A stretch of DNA of 64,000 nt, from IMG/VR virus record IMGVR_UViG_3300027781_000009; one strand, 5' to 3'. This document shows, piece after piece, positions 45,397 through 55,219 of this stretch (position 1 is its first letter; each line of letters begins with the position of its first letter). The DNA comes from a virus. The notes under the pieces are model-generated. The model ran no database searches. It saw only the letters and a list, made by a program, of their open reading frames with translations, and was not told the DNA's origin. Made by a program: the position numbers and the translations under genes.

Positions 45397-46641
45397 TTAG
45401 AGCACGATCGAGCCCTTGGGAACCAGCGTGAGAGCAGTCGTGGCTGCGTTGGCGTCGGAGCGGCTCTTATCGAGCACCCGCTTGGTGATAAACCCTGACA
45501 GATCGGGGATGGGCTTGATCCGCTCGTCTCGAATGTGACAGAGCGTGTTTACCGTGTAGACATAGCCGCGCTTCGACCTGTGCCCCGCGACGGTGTACTC
45601 GTAGACCTCAGAGTTGGCGTTGCGATGGGCAAGGATGCGCTTGGCGATGCGATCGGCCTGCTCGTTTGACACCGGGTTGTGGTCGATGACGTAGCGGCGA
45701 CGCGGCCATGTGTAATCAGTAGCGGTCTTGGCGTACCCGCGTATGGCCGACTTTTTCTTGGTCTTGCGCCGTGCCGTCGATCGTGGATCGGCTGAGTGGT
45801 ACAGCGAGCCGCGACCAAGCACCTCGACTTCGGTGGCTGTCGAAGTTGCGCTACGGCGTCGACCGCCGCGAAGAATGTTGGTGCGATCGGGGTCGGACAG
45901 GATGCGGCGGATCGCGTACAGCTCCTCCTGGTCGTAGTCCGGCACCGTAAAACAGAAATTGCCGTCTGCGGTGAAGTACGGAATGACCCCAAGGTTTTCC
46001 GCGTGCCGGTGGATGAAGTCCCACTCGGTTTCGCCTGGGTGCGGCTGCGCGTCTTCAAGAGACTGCCGGATAAAGAACTCGTTCACGCCCGAGCTCGCTA
46101 CGCTGGTCGTTCCCCGGCTGGTGCGCACGGTTTTTGTTGAGGCGATGACCTTGCCCGACAACAGGCTTCGGTTGGCCACATCGTCGGCGCTGATTTCAAA
46201 GTCGATGCCGTGTCCTCGGTACTTGGCGCAAATCTTTTCGGCGATCGATGGCAGCGTGGTTTGCGAGTCGATCTTCAGATCACGCGGCACCTCGTTCTCC
46301 ATGAGGATGTGCGCGGGGTCGAGCGCTTCGACGTGGATCATAGCCTCGCCGTTCTCGCCTTCCTCCCAAAATTGGTCGACGATGATCATTGTTGCCAGGC
46401 GAATGCCATCGAGCTCCAGCGCTATCACCGCATCGGGCAGGGTCAGGTTCGATACGCGCTCGACGTATTCCGGGGCTGGCAGGTCGGTCCCAGCGCCGTT
46501 TGCAGCAAGGGTGAAGCTTGCGCTGTTTGCTGGCTGAAACAGATCCTCGGTGACTGAATACGTCGTCCAGGTTTGCAGCCGACGGCCTTGCTCGCCGGTC
46601 GGGCCGGACAGCACGGTAAGTGTGACGCGATCCTCGTTCAT
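45397..46641 (-). CDS. baseplate hub (Mu gp44-like)
   Basis: WTTYSV..DLFQPANS, PGETEWDFI, YTVAGH. Confidence 0.75.
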   Translation of the reverse strand: MNEDRVTLTVLSGPTGEQGRRLQTWTTYSVTEDLFQPANSASFTLAANGAGTDLPAPEYVERVSNLTLPDAVIALELDGIRLATMIIVDQFWEEGENGEAMIHVEALDPAHILMENEVPRDLKIDSQTTLPSIAEKICAKYRGHGIDFEISADDVANRSLLSGKVIASTKTVRTSRGTTSVASSGVNEFFIRQSLEDAQPHPGETEWDFIHRHAENLGVIPYFTADGNFCFTVPDYDQEELYAIRRILSDPDRTNILRGGRRRSATSTATEVEVLGRGSLYHSADPRSTARRKTKKKSAIRGYAKTATDYTWPRRRYVIDHNPVSNEQADRIAKRILAHRNANSEVYEYTVAGHRSKRGYVYTVNTLCHIRDERIKPIPDLSGFITKRVLDKSRSDANAATTALTLVPKGSIVL

Positions 46642-47672
46642 TATCTGTCCAGAAAGTTGATGCGCGTCGAGGCTGGGTATTCATCGCGCATGGTGGGGTT
46701 GTACTTCATGATCTCCTCGGCTCGACTGGCATCGCCGTAGAGAGCGTGTGCGATCTCGGCTGCCGACATGGCGCGGTCGAACACCGCAGAAATGAGCCGG
46801 GCCGACTTGGCTTGCGCGTCCTGTCCGGCTTCCTCGATCTGCGCTTTGGCCCCAACCGCAGCGACCATCACATCGGCGTTGTCGCTGAACAGCATTTCCT
46901 GAGTCGCGAGCAGATCATCGAACCGCAGTTTGATGCGGTCGGTTTCGGCCCGAATCTGGTCGAACGTCGCTTCCTCGGATTGAAGCCAGGAGTCGAACTC
47001 CTGCACCAGCTCGACAAACGGCGGGGTCTTCTGAAGGACGCCTAGCATCCCCCGGCTGGGGAAAGACGGTAGAGACGGCGGGGCCGGTGGTGGGCTGGCA
47101 AGCAGCGCGTCGACTTGCTGCACCCGCATAAACACGTCCACAGCCAGGTCTCCGTTGATCACATCGAATCGCTTGGGCGGAGCTGCCGCGAGCTTGGCCA
47201 CCGCGCCATCAAGGATCGCTGCGTTGGCCTTGGCACCGGCCAGCGGGTTGCGCTCCACGATGTCGTTTTGGGTCAGTCCTTCCTCCATGTCTTGGACGAA
47301 GGCAAAGTTGACCGTGCAGCCGTTGAGCGTATCGACGCTGTACTGAACGTCCCATTTGGTGAAATGGCCGTTAATCTCGCCAAGCACCGGAAGCTTCAAT
47401 TTCCCCTGTCGGGAAAGCTGTAGCCGACGACGCATCTGCATGAACGTGATGGGCCACAGATCCTCGTAGCCGTCGATACCGTTCAAAAAGTAGATCTGTC
47501 CGCTGACATTGAGCGAGCTGACCGAAAGTCCCTCACTGGCCTGATATCGCCGATGGGGGAACTTGTAACTGGTCCACTCCATGATGTAACCGGACTCGTC
47601 CCACGCCGACATTGGAAACGGGCCAATGCCGTCGAAGTAAATGGGCGCTCTGTATCGCTCCTCGTTCGCCAT
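46641..47672 (-). CDS. Mu gp43-like DNA circularisation/tail protein
   Basis: FDGI..F, YKFPHR, GKLKLPVLG, IAHALYGDASRAEEI..N. Confidence 0.75.
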   Translation of the reverse strand: MANEERYRAPIYFDGIGPFPMSAWDESGYIMEWTSYKFPHRRYQASEGLSVSSLNVSGQIYFLNGIDGYEDLWPITFMQMRRRLQLSRQGKLKLPVLGEINGHFTKWDVQYSVDTLNGCTVNFAFVQDMEEGLTQNDIVERNPLAGAKANAAILDGAVAKLAAAPPKRFDVINGDLAVDVFMRVQQVDALLASPPPAPPSLPSFPSRGMLGVLQKTPPFVELVQEFDSWLQSEEATFDQIRAETDRIKLRFDDLLATQEMLFSDNADVMVAAVGAKAQIEEAGQDAQAKSARLISAVFDRAMSAAEIAHALYGDASRAEEIMKYNPTMRDEYPASTRINFLDR

Positions 47673-47724
47673 GGGCTAACGCTACCATGGGCCGAGGCAA
47701 AGCCAGTCAGAGGGAGGAAGCAAG

Positions 47725-47761
47725 TAGCCGCTGCGTAGACACTCGGACTACGCAGCGGCTA
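47725..47761. other. 14-bp perfect hairpin in the intergenic gap
   Basis: TAGCCGCTGCGTAG-ACACTCGGA-CTACGCAGCGGCTA. Confidence 0.8.
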
Positions 47762-47885
47762 GAACCCAGCAAGCCGGGTAAACGAAGTTCCCATGCGACA
47801 AGCAAGGGCACCGTGCCTGAGAACTCGGAGCCTACAACCGGACCTGCGTGGCTGCCATCATTTTCGTGACGCCACGAAAATGGTC

Positions 47886-49757
47886 CTAGTGCTGACCTGG
47901 CTTCACCGGCACTCGCTTGCCACCGCGAGCTGCCTGCTGTGGGCTGCGAGCTTCGGCAGTCACGCTGGCCTTCTGGCCGTTTTGCAGGGTCACGTTCACG
48001 CTGACCTCTAGCTTTCTCTGTAGTTCGTCGCGCTGCTGCTGGAGCTTCTGCAAGTTTTCCTCACTCGATTGTTTCTTCCGCTCCATGTCCTTGCGGATCT
48101 CCGCCTCTGTCGAGATCTCCGAGGTCTGCTTGCGCTTGTAGTTGGCATACAGGCCAATTGCCGACAGTCCAAACCCCTCGACGATCGCTTTGCCTTTGTC
48201 GCCGGTCCATCGGCCAGCCAGGTCGCCAGCCACGTTGACCACGCTTGCAGCGCCCGGTGTCTGGTTCTGAGCTTCCTGCATAATCTCCGATGCTGCTTGG
48301 ATCTTATGCCTGTGCTTCATAAAGTTTTGGTATCCAAATACTTCTGCTCTGGACAAGCGAGCCTTGGTTTGTCCCTCGTATGTGCCCATACGGAAATCGA
48401 ATCCCTCATCGAGAAACGACTGACCAAGTTTAGGGTCGACGTTCTCAAGCTCTTTGATTCGTTCCGGGTTGCGCAGAATCGACATCACGCCCTCACGGGC
48501 CTGCATGTCCTTGACGACATCGTAGAGCTTGATTCGTCCAACTTTGCGACCGCCAGCCTTCGCCTTAGAGAGCGGGTCAGACTGATTGGCCAACCGCAGC
48601 TTGCCCTCGGTTTCAGCGCGACGTATGCCGCTTGCGATTTCATCGGGATCGCGAAGGCTTGCCGCGCCGGTCTTTTTGTCAACCCTCATTGGGTCGAACC
48701 CGTACGTTTCCTTGAATCGCTCTCTGGTCTTTTCGTCGGCAAACTTGCTGAGCATGTTTTCTGCTCGGTTCACCGTCAGGTCAATGTCACCGCGCAGCTT
48801 GGGATCGTCGGCCATCGCCTGGAGAAGCGCCTGACCCTTGCGGTAGGCGACAAGGCCGGATGTGTTCTGCATTCCCATCAACTGAGCGATGACACCGCCG
48901 CCTTTGGTTTGAATGTTCTTTGCGGACAGCGACCCCTTTTCTTCGCCCGCTCTGGTGATGCCCTGCATGGCGGTCACATCTTCGGCGCTGGTCAATCCCA
49001 AATCGCGCATGGTGGTTATCTGGGATTCAACGGACGAAGAGATTTCCTCGTTGTCCAGATAGTCACCAGTGCCTGCCACAAGAAGCTGTCGAAGCATTGC
49101 GCCGTTTTTGGCTAACACTTCACGGCCCATGCTCTTCTTTTCCTGTGCGCCTAACACTGCTTCAATGGCGACGGTTTGCGGCACACCCGCTTGCAGCGCT
49201 ACCGATTGGATCGTTTCCTTAGCAGCGGCAAAGCCCTTTTCGTCGTTGATGAGCGACAGCTTGGCGCGCAGTTTGTTGAGCTGTTTATCCAGCTCGGCGG
49301 CATCCTGGGTCGATTCCTCAAACCCTTTGATGTGCGCAATCTTGGCAAGCTCCTGAAGTTTCTGTTTGCCCTTGTCGAACACTCGCGTCATTGCTTCGGC
49401 GGCAAACACGCCGTTGCGCAGTTGCTCGGCAAACGATCTACTCGCGGTGCCGATGCCGAGAATCGTCTTGCGCGAGTTGTCCATCCACTTGTTCAAGTCC
49501 TGAGCCATCAACTTGGCGTCGCGAATCGGGATACCGGCCTGACGCATGGCCTGCTCAAACTTCTTGGTGTCGCCGCCGCTCTGCACCAGCAGTTGCCGGG
49601 CCTCTTTTAGCGGCAGCACCATCTGTCCGTTGATTGACTTGCTCGCCTCCTGAATGGCCTTGACCAGCTCGGCAGACGCCCCCTTTTGGTTCTTGAGCGC
49701 ATCGGTTACGGCCTTGTCGTCTTTGACGACGAATCGAACGATGACTTCCTCTGACAT
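47886..49757 (-). CDS. tape measure protein
   Basis: Helical 623-aa ORF after the chaperone and before the gp43-like gene. Confidence 0.75.
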   Translation of the reverse strand: MSEEVIVRFVVKDDKAVTDALKNQKGASAELVKAIQEASKSINGQMVLPLKEARQLLVQSGGDTKKFEQAMRQAGIPIRDAKLMAQDLNKWMDNSRKTILGIGTASRSFAEQLRNGVFAAEAMTRVFDKGKQKLQELAKIAHIKGFEESTQDAAELDKQLNKLRAKLSLINDEKGFAAAKETIQSVALQAGVPQTVAIEAVLGAQEKKSMGREVLAKNGAMLRQLLVAGTGDYLDNEEISSSVESQITTMRDLGLTSAEDVTAMQGITRAGEEKGSLSAKNIQTKGGGVIAQLMGMQNTSGLVAYRKGQALLQAMADDPKLRGDIDLTVNRAENMLSKFADEKTRERFKETYGFDPMRVDKKTGAASLRDPDEIASGIRRAETEGKLRLANQSDPLSKAKAGGRKVGRIKLYDVVKDMQAREGVMSILRNPERIKELENVDPKLGQSFLDEGFDFRMGTYEGQTKARLSRAEVFGYQNFMKHRHKIQAASEIMQEAQNQTPGAASVVNVAGDLAGRWTGDKGKAIVEGFGLSAIGLYANYKRKQTSEISTEAEIRKDMERKKQSSEENLQKLQQQRDELQRKLEVSVNVTLQNGQKASVTAEARSPQQAARGGKRVPVKPGQH

Positions 49758-49772
49758 GGTGGGTGTCTCCTG

Positions 49773-50575
49773 CTACAGCGGTCGCCACGGCGGATGGGCC
49801 GGGTTGCGGAATGGGTGCTTGGGCGCAGAAAACGCCCGCTCGATGGGGGTCTTGGCGTCCTCGTGGATCGGGAGGTGCTTGTCTTCTGCGTCGCACAGCA
49901 TCTCCCAATAAGCCACTTGGTCCGGGGTCAATCCGGGGAAATGACCGTAGGACAGTGTGTCACTAAATAATCCATAAATTCCCCCACCTGTTCGTCGGTG
50001 TAAGCGGCCCAATCGATCGGCCCGTGCTTTTTTTTTAACACCGCGAGCAGTCTTTCCCATTCGTGCTCCTTGGCGAGCCGGTCGTAGGTCGACAGCGGTG
50101 CGTACTGCGCGGTGATCTGCCCGTAATAGCCAACAAGCGTTTTCAGCGTGTGCTCGTCGCGAATGCTGGTGCGAAGGTGTTCGGGGTCAGTGAACAGCGG
50201 CTCCTCGGGCTTGTTGAGCTTGACCGATAGCTTGATACCGCCCGTCTCATCGACGCCGGTTTCGATGGCCTTGCACCGTCTGCACGCAAACGCCATCAGG
50301 GCAAGGTTCTCGAATCGCGTCAGCATGTCGCGGTCGTCAAGCAGGTCGAGCTGTTTACCTTTGCCGCGAGAGTACAGATAGGCCGACTCCATCTCTGGGA
50401 TCGTGCATGTCCGCATCATGATCCATTGCGTTGGCTCTTCTGGCCACGGCACCCACACGAGCATCGCTGCCCCGATCTTGACGGCAATGACTTCGGCCTC
50501 CTCATCGGGAGGCTCGTCTTGAGAACTTGTGATGCGGGGAGCTGCTGCGGGAAGACCAGAGAGGATTTGTGCCAT
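49773..50575 (-). CDS. tail assembly chaperone (49928-50575) with -1 frameshift extension to 49773
   Basis: In-frame A AAA AAG within the A9 run at 50028-50036; -1 frame open to 49773. Confidence 0.8.
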
Positions 50576-50604
50576 GCGCCTGAGACTAGGCGCGCAGCGG
50601 GGGG

Positions 50605-51048
50605 CTAGTCAAACGAGGGTGCGCCGCAGTGAATGGTCACTGCTTGCGAGCTGGGCTTTTCAAGACCGAAGTCCCAATCAGCTCGCAGCACGCGGCCTTC
50701 GTACTTGGCGCGTCTGCCGGTCGTGTCGCCTTCGATCTGGCCGTAGATCGTGAGGGTCTGCTTGTTGCGCATCGCCTCGATAAACGAAAACTGCGGCGAG
50801 CCTTCGATACGAATTGCGGTGCTAAACGTCACGACGGTCTGAAAGGGACCGTTGCTAAAGCCCGACAGACCGCCGCGCTTGGCGTCGCCGCCGAACGTGT
50901 TGACCGGCTTGTCGCCGCTTTCGTGCGCGAGCTTGACGTCCATGAGATCGGCCACGTAGCTCAACACTCCGCCACGCGCCTTGATGTGGCACTGCATGAC
51001 GGAGGCATAGCTAATCAGCGGCGCAGATTGCTGGGATGGGGATGCCAT
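50605..51048 (-). CDS. tail tube protein
   Basis: 147-aa beta-rich ORF directly after the sheath. Confidence 0.7.
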   Translation of the reverse strand: MASPSQQSAPLISYASVMQCHIKARGGVLSYVADLMDVKLAHESGDKPVNTFGGDAKRGGLSGFSNGPFQTVVTFSTAIRIEGSPQFSFIEAMRNKQTLTIYGQIEGDTTGRRAKYEGRVLRADWDFGLEKPSSQAVTIHCGAPSFD

Positions 51049-51067
51049 GTTTCACTTCCTCTTGCGG

Positions 51068-52594
51068 TTAGGCCGCTTTGGTGGTCTGTCGCAGGGTCAT
51101 TTCGGCCTGTGCGAACCAGCCAATGACTTGCAGCGGGACGTTGGGGACGAGCATGCGGTCGCCGTTGGCCGGGTGAATCTGCGACTTGACCGCGTTCTGA
51201 GCCAGCATCTTCTCGACCTTCACGAGCTGGCCGATGGCCTGACGCTTGCGCAGCTCGTCGAAGATGTACTGGTCAAACAGCGAGGGTCGCAGCACGTACT
51301 CTGCGGGCTTCTCGTTCGGGTTCTCGGGGTCTTCGTCTTCCATCTTCCAGCCCGCAAACGTCGCTGGGATGTCAGCTTCCCAATAGTCCGCGAGGTCATC
51401 GGGGACGAGCACGCAGTTGAGATTGAGGCAGTTGTAATCAGGGCTGCCGTCAATTGCCTGGAACCGCGTGGTGATCGGACGGGTGACGACGCCAACCGTG
51501 GGCTGTCCTGGGTAGGTGCGGATCGGACACGCGCCGACGTTGAGCGCAGCGGTGGCTTCCGGCTCGGTGATCCTGTCGGCGTTCGCCACGGGGCCACGGA
51601 AGTTTCGCAGGTACACCCGGTCCTTGCCGCCGTTGATGAGGTTCGCCGCGATGTCCAGGTTCGTGCCCTGGACGATGTAGGCGGCGTAGCGAGCCGCGAT
51701 GCGGATCGGCGTGTCCTCTGCCTTCTTGCACCACGCCATTGCGCTGCGGTGCGCATTAACGCTGGTGGTAACGGTGGTGACCTCGCTGAGCGTCCCGGTG
51801 TGCGCCCAGACCACAATGCCGCGCAAGCCAGTGAGCGGATCGGCGCGCTGGTTGATGTACTGCACCCAGCGCGGGACGCCGACAGAAGTCGAGACGCTGT
51901 TGTCGGGACAAACGATCATGGCTGCCCGAAGGTTGGCAATCGCATCGAGCGCAGACGAGGGATCGGCATCGGTGACGCCAACGGTCTTGACCGTAATCGC
52001 GTAGGTGCTGCCGGTGATTCCGTCAGCTACCCATCGGATCGCCATCAAGTTCCCGCGAGCGCCCTTGTGAACCCACCGGAAGTCGATGGAGCCAGCGATC
52101 GGCGCGGTCGGGCAGTACACCGGGATGTCCCGCCGCACGACAAAAGCGTTGTAGATGGCGGTCGCCTGCTGGAGCGGAGTCATGCCAGGGGTGATCGGCA
52201 CTTCGATGTATGTCGGGTCGCCCTGCACCGTGAACAGCAGCGAGCCACCGAGCACGGCGTTGTTGGTGATGGCAAACGTCTGCTCGGCGTACGCACCGCC
52301 GCCCGCCTCGGGAAAGCTGACGCCGTACAGCGTCAAGTCCGCGTTCTGGTCGAGCGCTGCGGCCACGCCCTGGTGAATCTCGCTGCCATAGCCCCACTTT
52401 TGCCCAGCGTCGTCCACCGACAGGATGGGGCCATTCACCACTCCATCGGCCAGAGTAGCGACACCGATGCCAACGCGCTTGGCATAGCCGGTGATCACGA
52501 CGTTGCGGGTAGCAGCTCCGCTTGCCTGCGGGCCGAAGCCAAACAGGACGGACATAAAGACCCGTGGATATCGGTTGCTTGGACTGATGGCCAT
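51068..52594 (-). CDS. tail sheath protein (Mu gpL-like)
   Basis: WGYGSEI, HKGARGN, ALNVGACPI, RPITT, PDY. Confidence 0.85.
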   Translation of the reverse strand: MAISPSNRYPRVFMSVLFGFGPQASGAATRNVVITGYAKRVGIGVATLADGVVNGPILSVDDAGQKWGYGSEIHQGVAAALDQNADLTLYGVSFPEAGGGAYAEQTFAITNNAVLGGSLLFTVQGDPTYIEVPITPGMTPLQQATAIYNAFVVRRDIPVYCPTAPIAGSIDFRWVHKGARGNLMAIRWVADGITGSTYAITVKTVGVTDADPSSALDAIANLRAAMIVCPDNSVSTSVGVPRWVQYINQRADPLTGLRGIVVWAHTGTLSEVTTVTTSVNAHRSAMAWCKKAEDTPIRIAARYAAYIVQGTNLDIAANLINGGKDRVYLRNFRGPVANADRITEPEATAALNVGACPIRTYPGQPTVGVVTRPITTRFQAIDGSPDYNCLNLNCVLVPDDLADYWEADIPATFAGWKMEDEDPENPNEKPAEYVLRPSLFDQYIFDELRKRQAIGQLVKVEKMLAQNAVKSQIHPANGDRMLVPNVPLQVIGWFAQAEMTLRQTTKAA

Positions 52595-52596
52595 CT

Positions 52597-52959
52597 CTAC
52601 TTCTCCTTCGATTCGTCAGCGAGCACCAGACCGCCCTCGGCAATCTGCATGCGGTAGAAACTCTCGTCTGGCACTTCCTCGACAATCTCGGTTCCGTCGA
52701 GGTCGTACCGGGTCAGGCGAATTTCGCGGCCCGCCAAGAACAGGTCGGAGGTTTGCTCCATGGCCGTCACGCGGCCCGCCGTGTCGGTCGAGACTTTGGT
52801 GATGCCGGGTGCCCCGGTGACGGTGTGATGCACTTGCTCATCCGGCAGATAGTTGCCGTCGGCACCGCGATTGCACTCGCGGTAGCCAATGAAGTGTCGA
52901 CCCGGTGCGCCGACCTTTAGGACCATGCGGCCTGGGACGGCCTTGACCTTGAGACTCAT
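52597..52959 (-). CDS. small protein preceding the sheath
   Basis: LKVKAVPGRMV...EVPDESFYRMQIAEGGL, reminiscent of Mu gp38-like proteins. Confidence 0.55.
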   Translation of the reverse strand: MSLKVKAVPGRMVLKVGAPGRHFIGYRECNRGADGNYLPDEQVHHTVTGAPGITKVSTDTAGRVTAMEQTSDLFLAGREIRLTRYDLDGTEIVEEVPDESFYRMQIAEGGLVLADESKEK

Positions 52960-53750
52960 GGGAACTCGCTCCTTGCGGGGTGATGGGATGTCGCGACTGA
53001 CTCTAACGGAGGCGTCAGCCTCGTGTCTACGAGGCTACCGGATTCGGTCTTGCCCCGCAGTAGGTAGTCAAAGTACGCGCCGTTGAAGGCGTCGAGCAGT
53101 AGCCCCCAACCCGCTTCGGAGTTTGACCAATAGCTGTCGTACTCAAACGAGCCGGTGAGCGTCGGGAATATCGTTTGACCGTTTGGTCCACGATACCCTT
53201 CCTCTGACTGGTAGGTCTGATAGGCCCTCGCGTAGTCTCCGATCCGCGCTGCTCGCAGCAGGTTGCGGTCCTCGGGGCAGCGCTGCACCTCTGAAATCAC
53301 GCGCCGCATCTGCTCGTCAAACTCACCGAGCAGCGGCCACAGCCGTTCGGTTTCGGACTGCCCCGGCAGCATCCACAGCCATTTGACCATGGTGCGACGT
53401 CGGTCGACGCTGGCCGTGTATCGCTTGCTGTTTGTGCGGTCGCGCCATATCGCAAACAGCGGCCACGACACGTCGCCTTCCTTCACGACGTCGAGCAGCG
53501 CGCCCGAGCCGCCGAACGGGTTGGCGTTGAACACCGTCTCGATGGGTCGCGTCTCAGGGTTCGCGAAAGTGACGCGGAAGTTTTCCAGCCAGCTCTCGCA
53601 TAGCGCTGGAAATCGCGGGGGCACGTATCCGCCTCCCAGGTGCCGAACAATGATCGCGGTCCATGCCACGATCTGCCAGTCGTAGATCTGGCTGCCGGGC
53701 GCGAGCAGCGACCGTGGTTCGGTCGGCGGCGATATCGGCGGCCTGCTCAC
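52956..53750 (-). CDS. putative tail completion protein
   Basis: Position only. Confidence 0.5.
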   Translation of the reverse strand: MSRPPISPPTEPRSLLAPGSQIYDWQIVAWTAIIVRHLGGGYVPPRFPALCESWLENFRVTFANPETRPIETVFNANPFGGSGALLDVVKEGDVSWPLFAIWRDRTNSKRYTASVDRRRTMVKWLWMLPGQSETERLWPLLGEFDEQMRRVISEVQRCPEDRNLLRAARIGDYARAYQTYQSEEGYRGPNGQTIFPTLTGSFEYDSYWSNSEAGWGLLLDAFNGAYFDYLLRGKTESGSLVDTRLTPPLESVATSHHPARSEFP

Positions 53751-54157
53751 GACGTCCTCGTAAGACCGCCGGTAGGCGTGTAGTTCGCACCGTCGTAGGT
53801 TTCAACGGGCATGGTGCGCAGCATCTGTTCGTACTGCGACCCGTAGTACATGGCCTGCCGATCCCACTTGTCGCCCTCTTGCTGTGTGTTCTGACGAAAC
53901 AGCAGCTCTAGCGTTTTGAACGCCTTCAGTTGCGTGAGCGGCGTGGTGTTCGCAAAGTCGGACACGCGCAGCGGCTTGGCGAACTTCTTCAAGTCGACAA
54001 CGACCAGTAGTTCCGCCTCGTCGAAAAAGATGTCGTAGACCGTCTTGCCTTCAGCAGCGAGTGACGCGGCCTGGCTTTTGCGCCACGTCGGCACGAGGTT
54101 GTAGCAGCTCGCGTACTTGACCCGAAGATTGTCCTCGGTGCAGGGAATGTCACCCAC
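53747..54157 (-). CDS. putative head-tail adaptor
   Basis: Position and size. Confidence 0.5.
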   Translation of the reverse strand: MGDIPCTEDNLRVKYASCYNLVPTWRKSQAASLAAEGKTVYDIFFDEAELLVVVDLKKFAKPLRVSDFANTTPLTQLKAFKTLELLFRQNTQQEGDKWDRQAMYYGSQYEQMLRTMPVETYDGANYTPTGGLTRTS

Positions 54158-54641
54158 GGTTTGTCTCCTCGATGAATTGACGCATGGCCAGCGAGAACAC
54201 CTGAGTCATGCGCACCTGAAATTCGATCTGGCTCATAGCGGTGGTGATAAAGGGGTTCGGCTTTGTGCCGGGGTGGTTGACCTTCTTGGCAAACACCACT
54301 CCGCCGGCCTGTGTTTCAAACCGCAATCGACCACGCGGACCGCGAGCCGACTTCGCTTCGATCGGGTGCGGCACGGTGCCGCCATCGATGAAGCGAGCAG
54401 CTCCCCCGGCCTTGACGTAGCCGGTGATCTGCGTGTCGGTCGTCTCAGCGGTTAGAATGCCGCCTTCGATGGATCGTCGCGTGTCTCCGCTGCGGTCAGT
54501 GAATGACGCACCGCGAGCGCGTTCGGCTGCCTCAGACATCAAGCTGTCGACACCGCGCTTCAGTACGTCTTGCAGCTTAGACTGCACCACGGCGTACAGA
54601 CCATCGAGCCCGCGTGTGTCGAGCTCCATCTTAAAGCTCAT
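54150..54641 (-). CDS. HK97 gp10-like neck protein
   Basis: DRSGDTRRSI, GTVPHPI, VFAKKVNHPGTKPNPF. Confidence 0.8.
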   Translation of the reverse strand: MSFKMELDTRGLDGLYAVVQSKLQDVLKRGVDSLMSEAAERARGASFTDRSGDTRRSIEGGILTAETTDTQITGYVKAGGAARFIDGGTVPHPIEAKSARGPRGRLRFETQAGGVVFAKKVNHPGTKPNPFITTAMSQIEFQVRMTQVFSLAMRQFIEETNRG

Positions 54642-55207
54642 CTGTCGGCCCTCCGCGACGTGCGAACCGCCTTAGCTGGACTCGCTGACGGATCGACAGC
54701 GCTGGCTTGGTCCACTACGGCCGTCGTCGGTGCAGTCACTGCCTGGTCGACTGTGGCTGCTTTGTCATCCACCGTCACTGGCTGAGTCTCTTCCGGCGGG
54801 GTGCTGTGCGCTTCCGGCTGCGCATTGATGACATCTGGGGCAACCGGCGGTGCATCGAAGTGGGTGCCAAAGTCGTACGAGTATTGCGACTTCAGCCAGG
54901 CCAAATATTCCGACCGCAGCTTGGCATCAAGCGGCATGCCTAGCTTGTCGCAGGGCACCAGCTCGTACAGCTTTGGCAGCGGACCAGAAAGATACTGCTC
55001 TGCCCAGAGCTGCTCCATGATGCAAGAAAGCCGCAACGGGTTGCCGTCAATGTGGACATTTGGGCGCACCCATCCGCTGACATGCGTAGGCCGAAGCAAA
55101 CGCACGCGAGCCGGACGGGTGAGGTTTAGAGGATTGCGATTCGGAGGAACTTTTGTGAGGAGGCCAGCGATTTGATGTAGGTCCATGCCGAGAGCATAGG
55201 CCACCAA
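54638..55207 (-). CDS. hypothetical protein
   Basis: Co-oriented ORF after the capsid gene. Confidence 0.55.
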   Translation of the reverse strand: MVAYALGMDLHQIAGLLTKVPPNRNPLNLTRPARVRLLRPTHVSGWVRPNVHIDGNPLRLSCIMEQLWAEQYLSGPLPKLYELVPCDKLGMPLDAKLRSEYLAWLKSQYSYDFGTHFDAPPVAPDVINAQPEAHSTPPEETQPVTVDDKAATVDQAVTAPTTAVVDQASAVDPSASPAKAVRTSRRADR

Positions 55208-55219
55208 ATCGCTTCGAGG

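Noticed and set aside
48069..49115. 348-aa plus-strand ORF
   Set aside because: Antisense to the tape measure gene; no recognisable features
51047..52657. 536-aa plus-strand ORF
   Set aside because: Antisense shadow of the sheath gene in GC-rich DNA; no motifs
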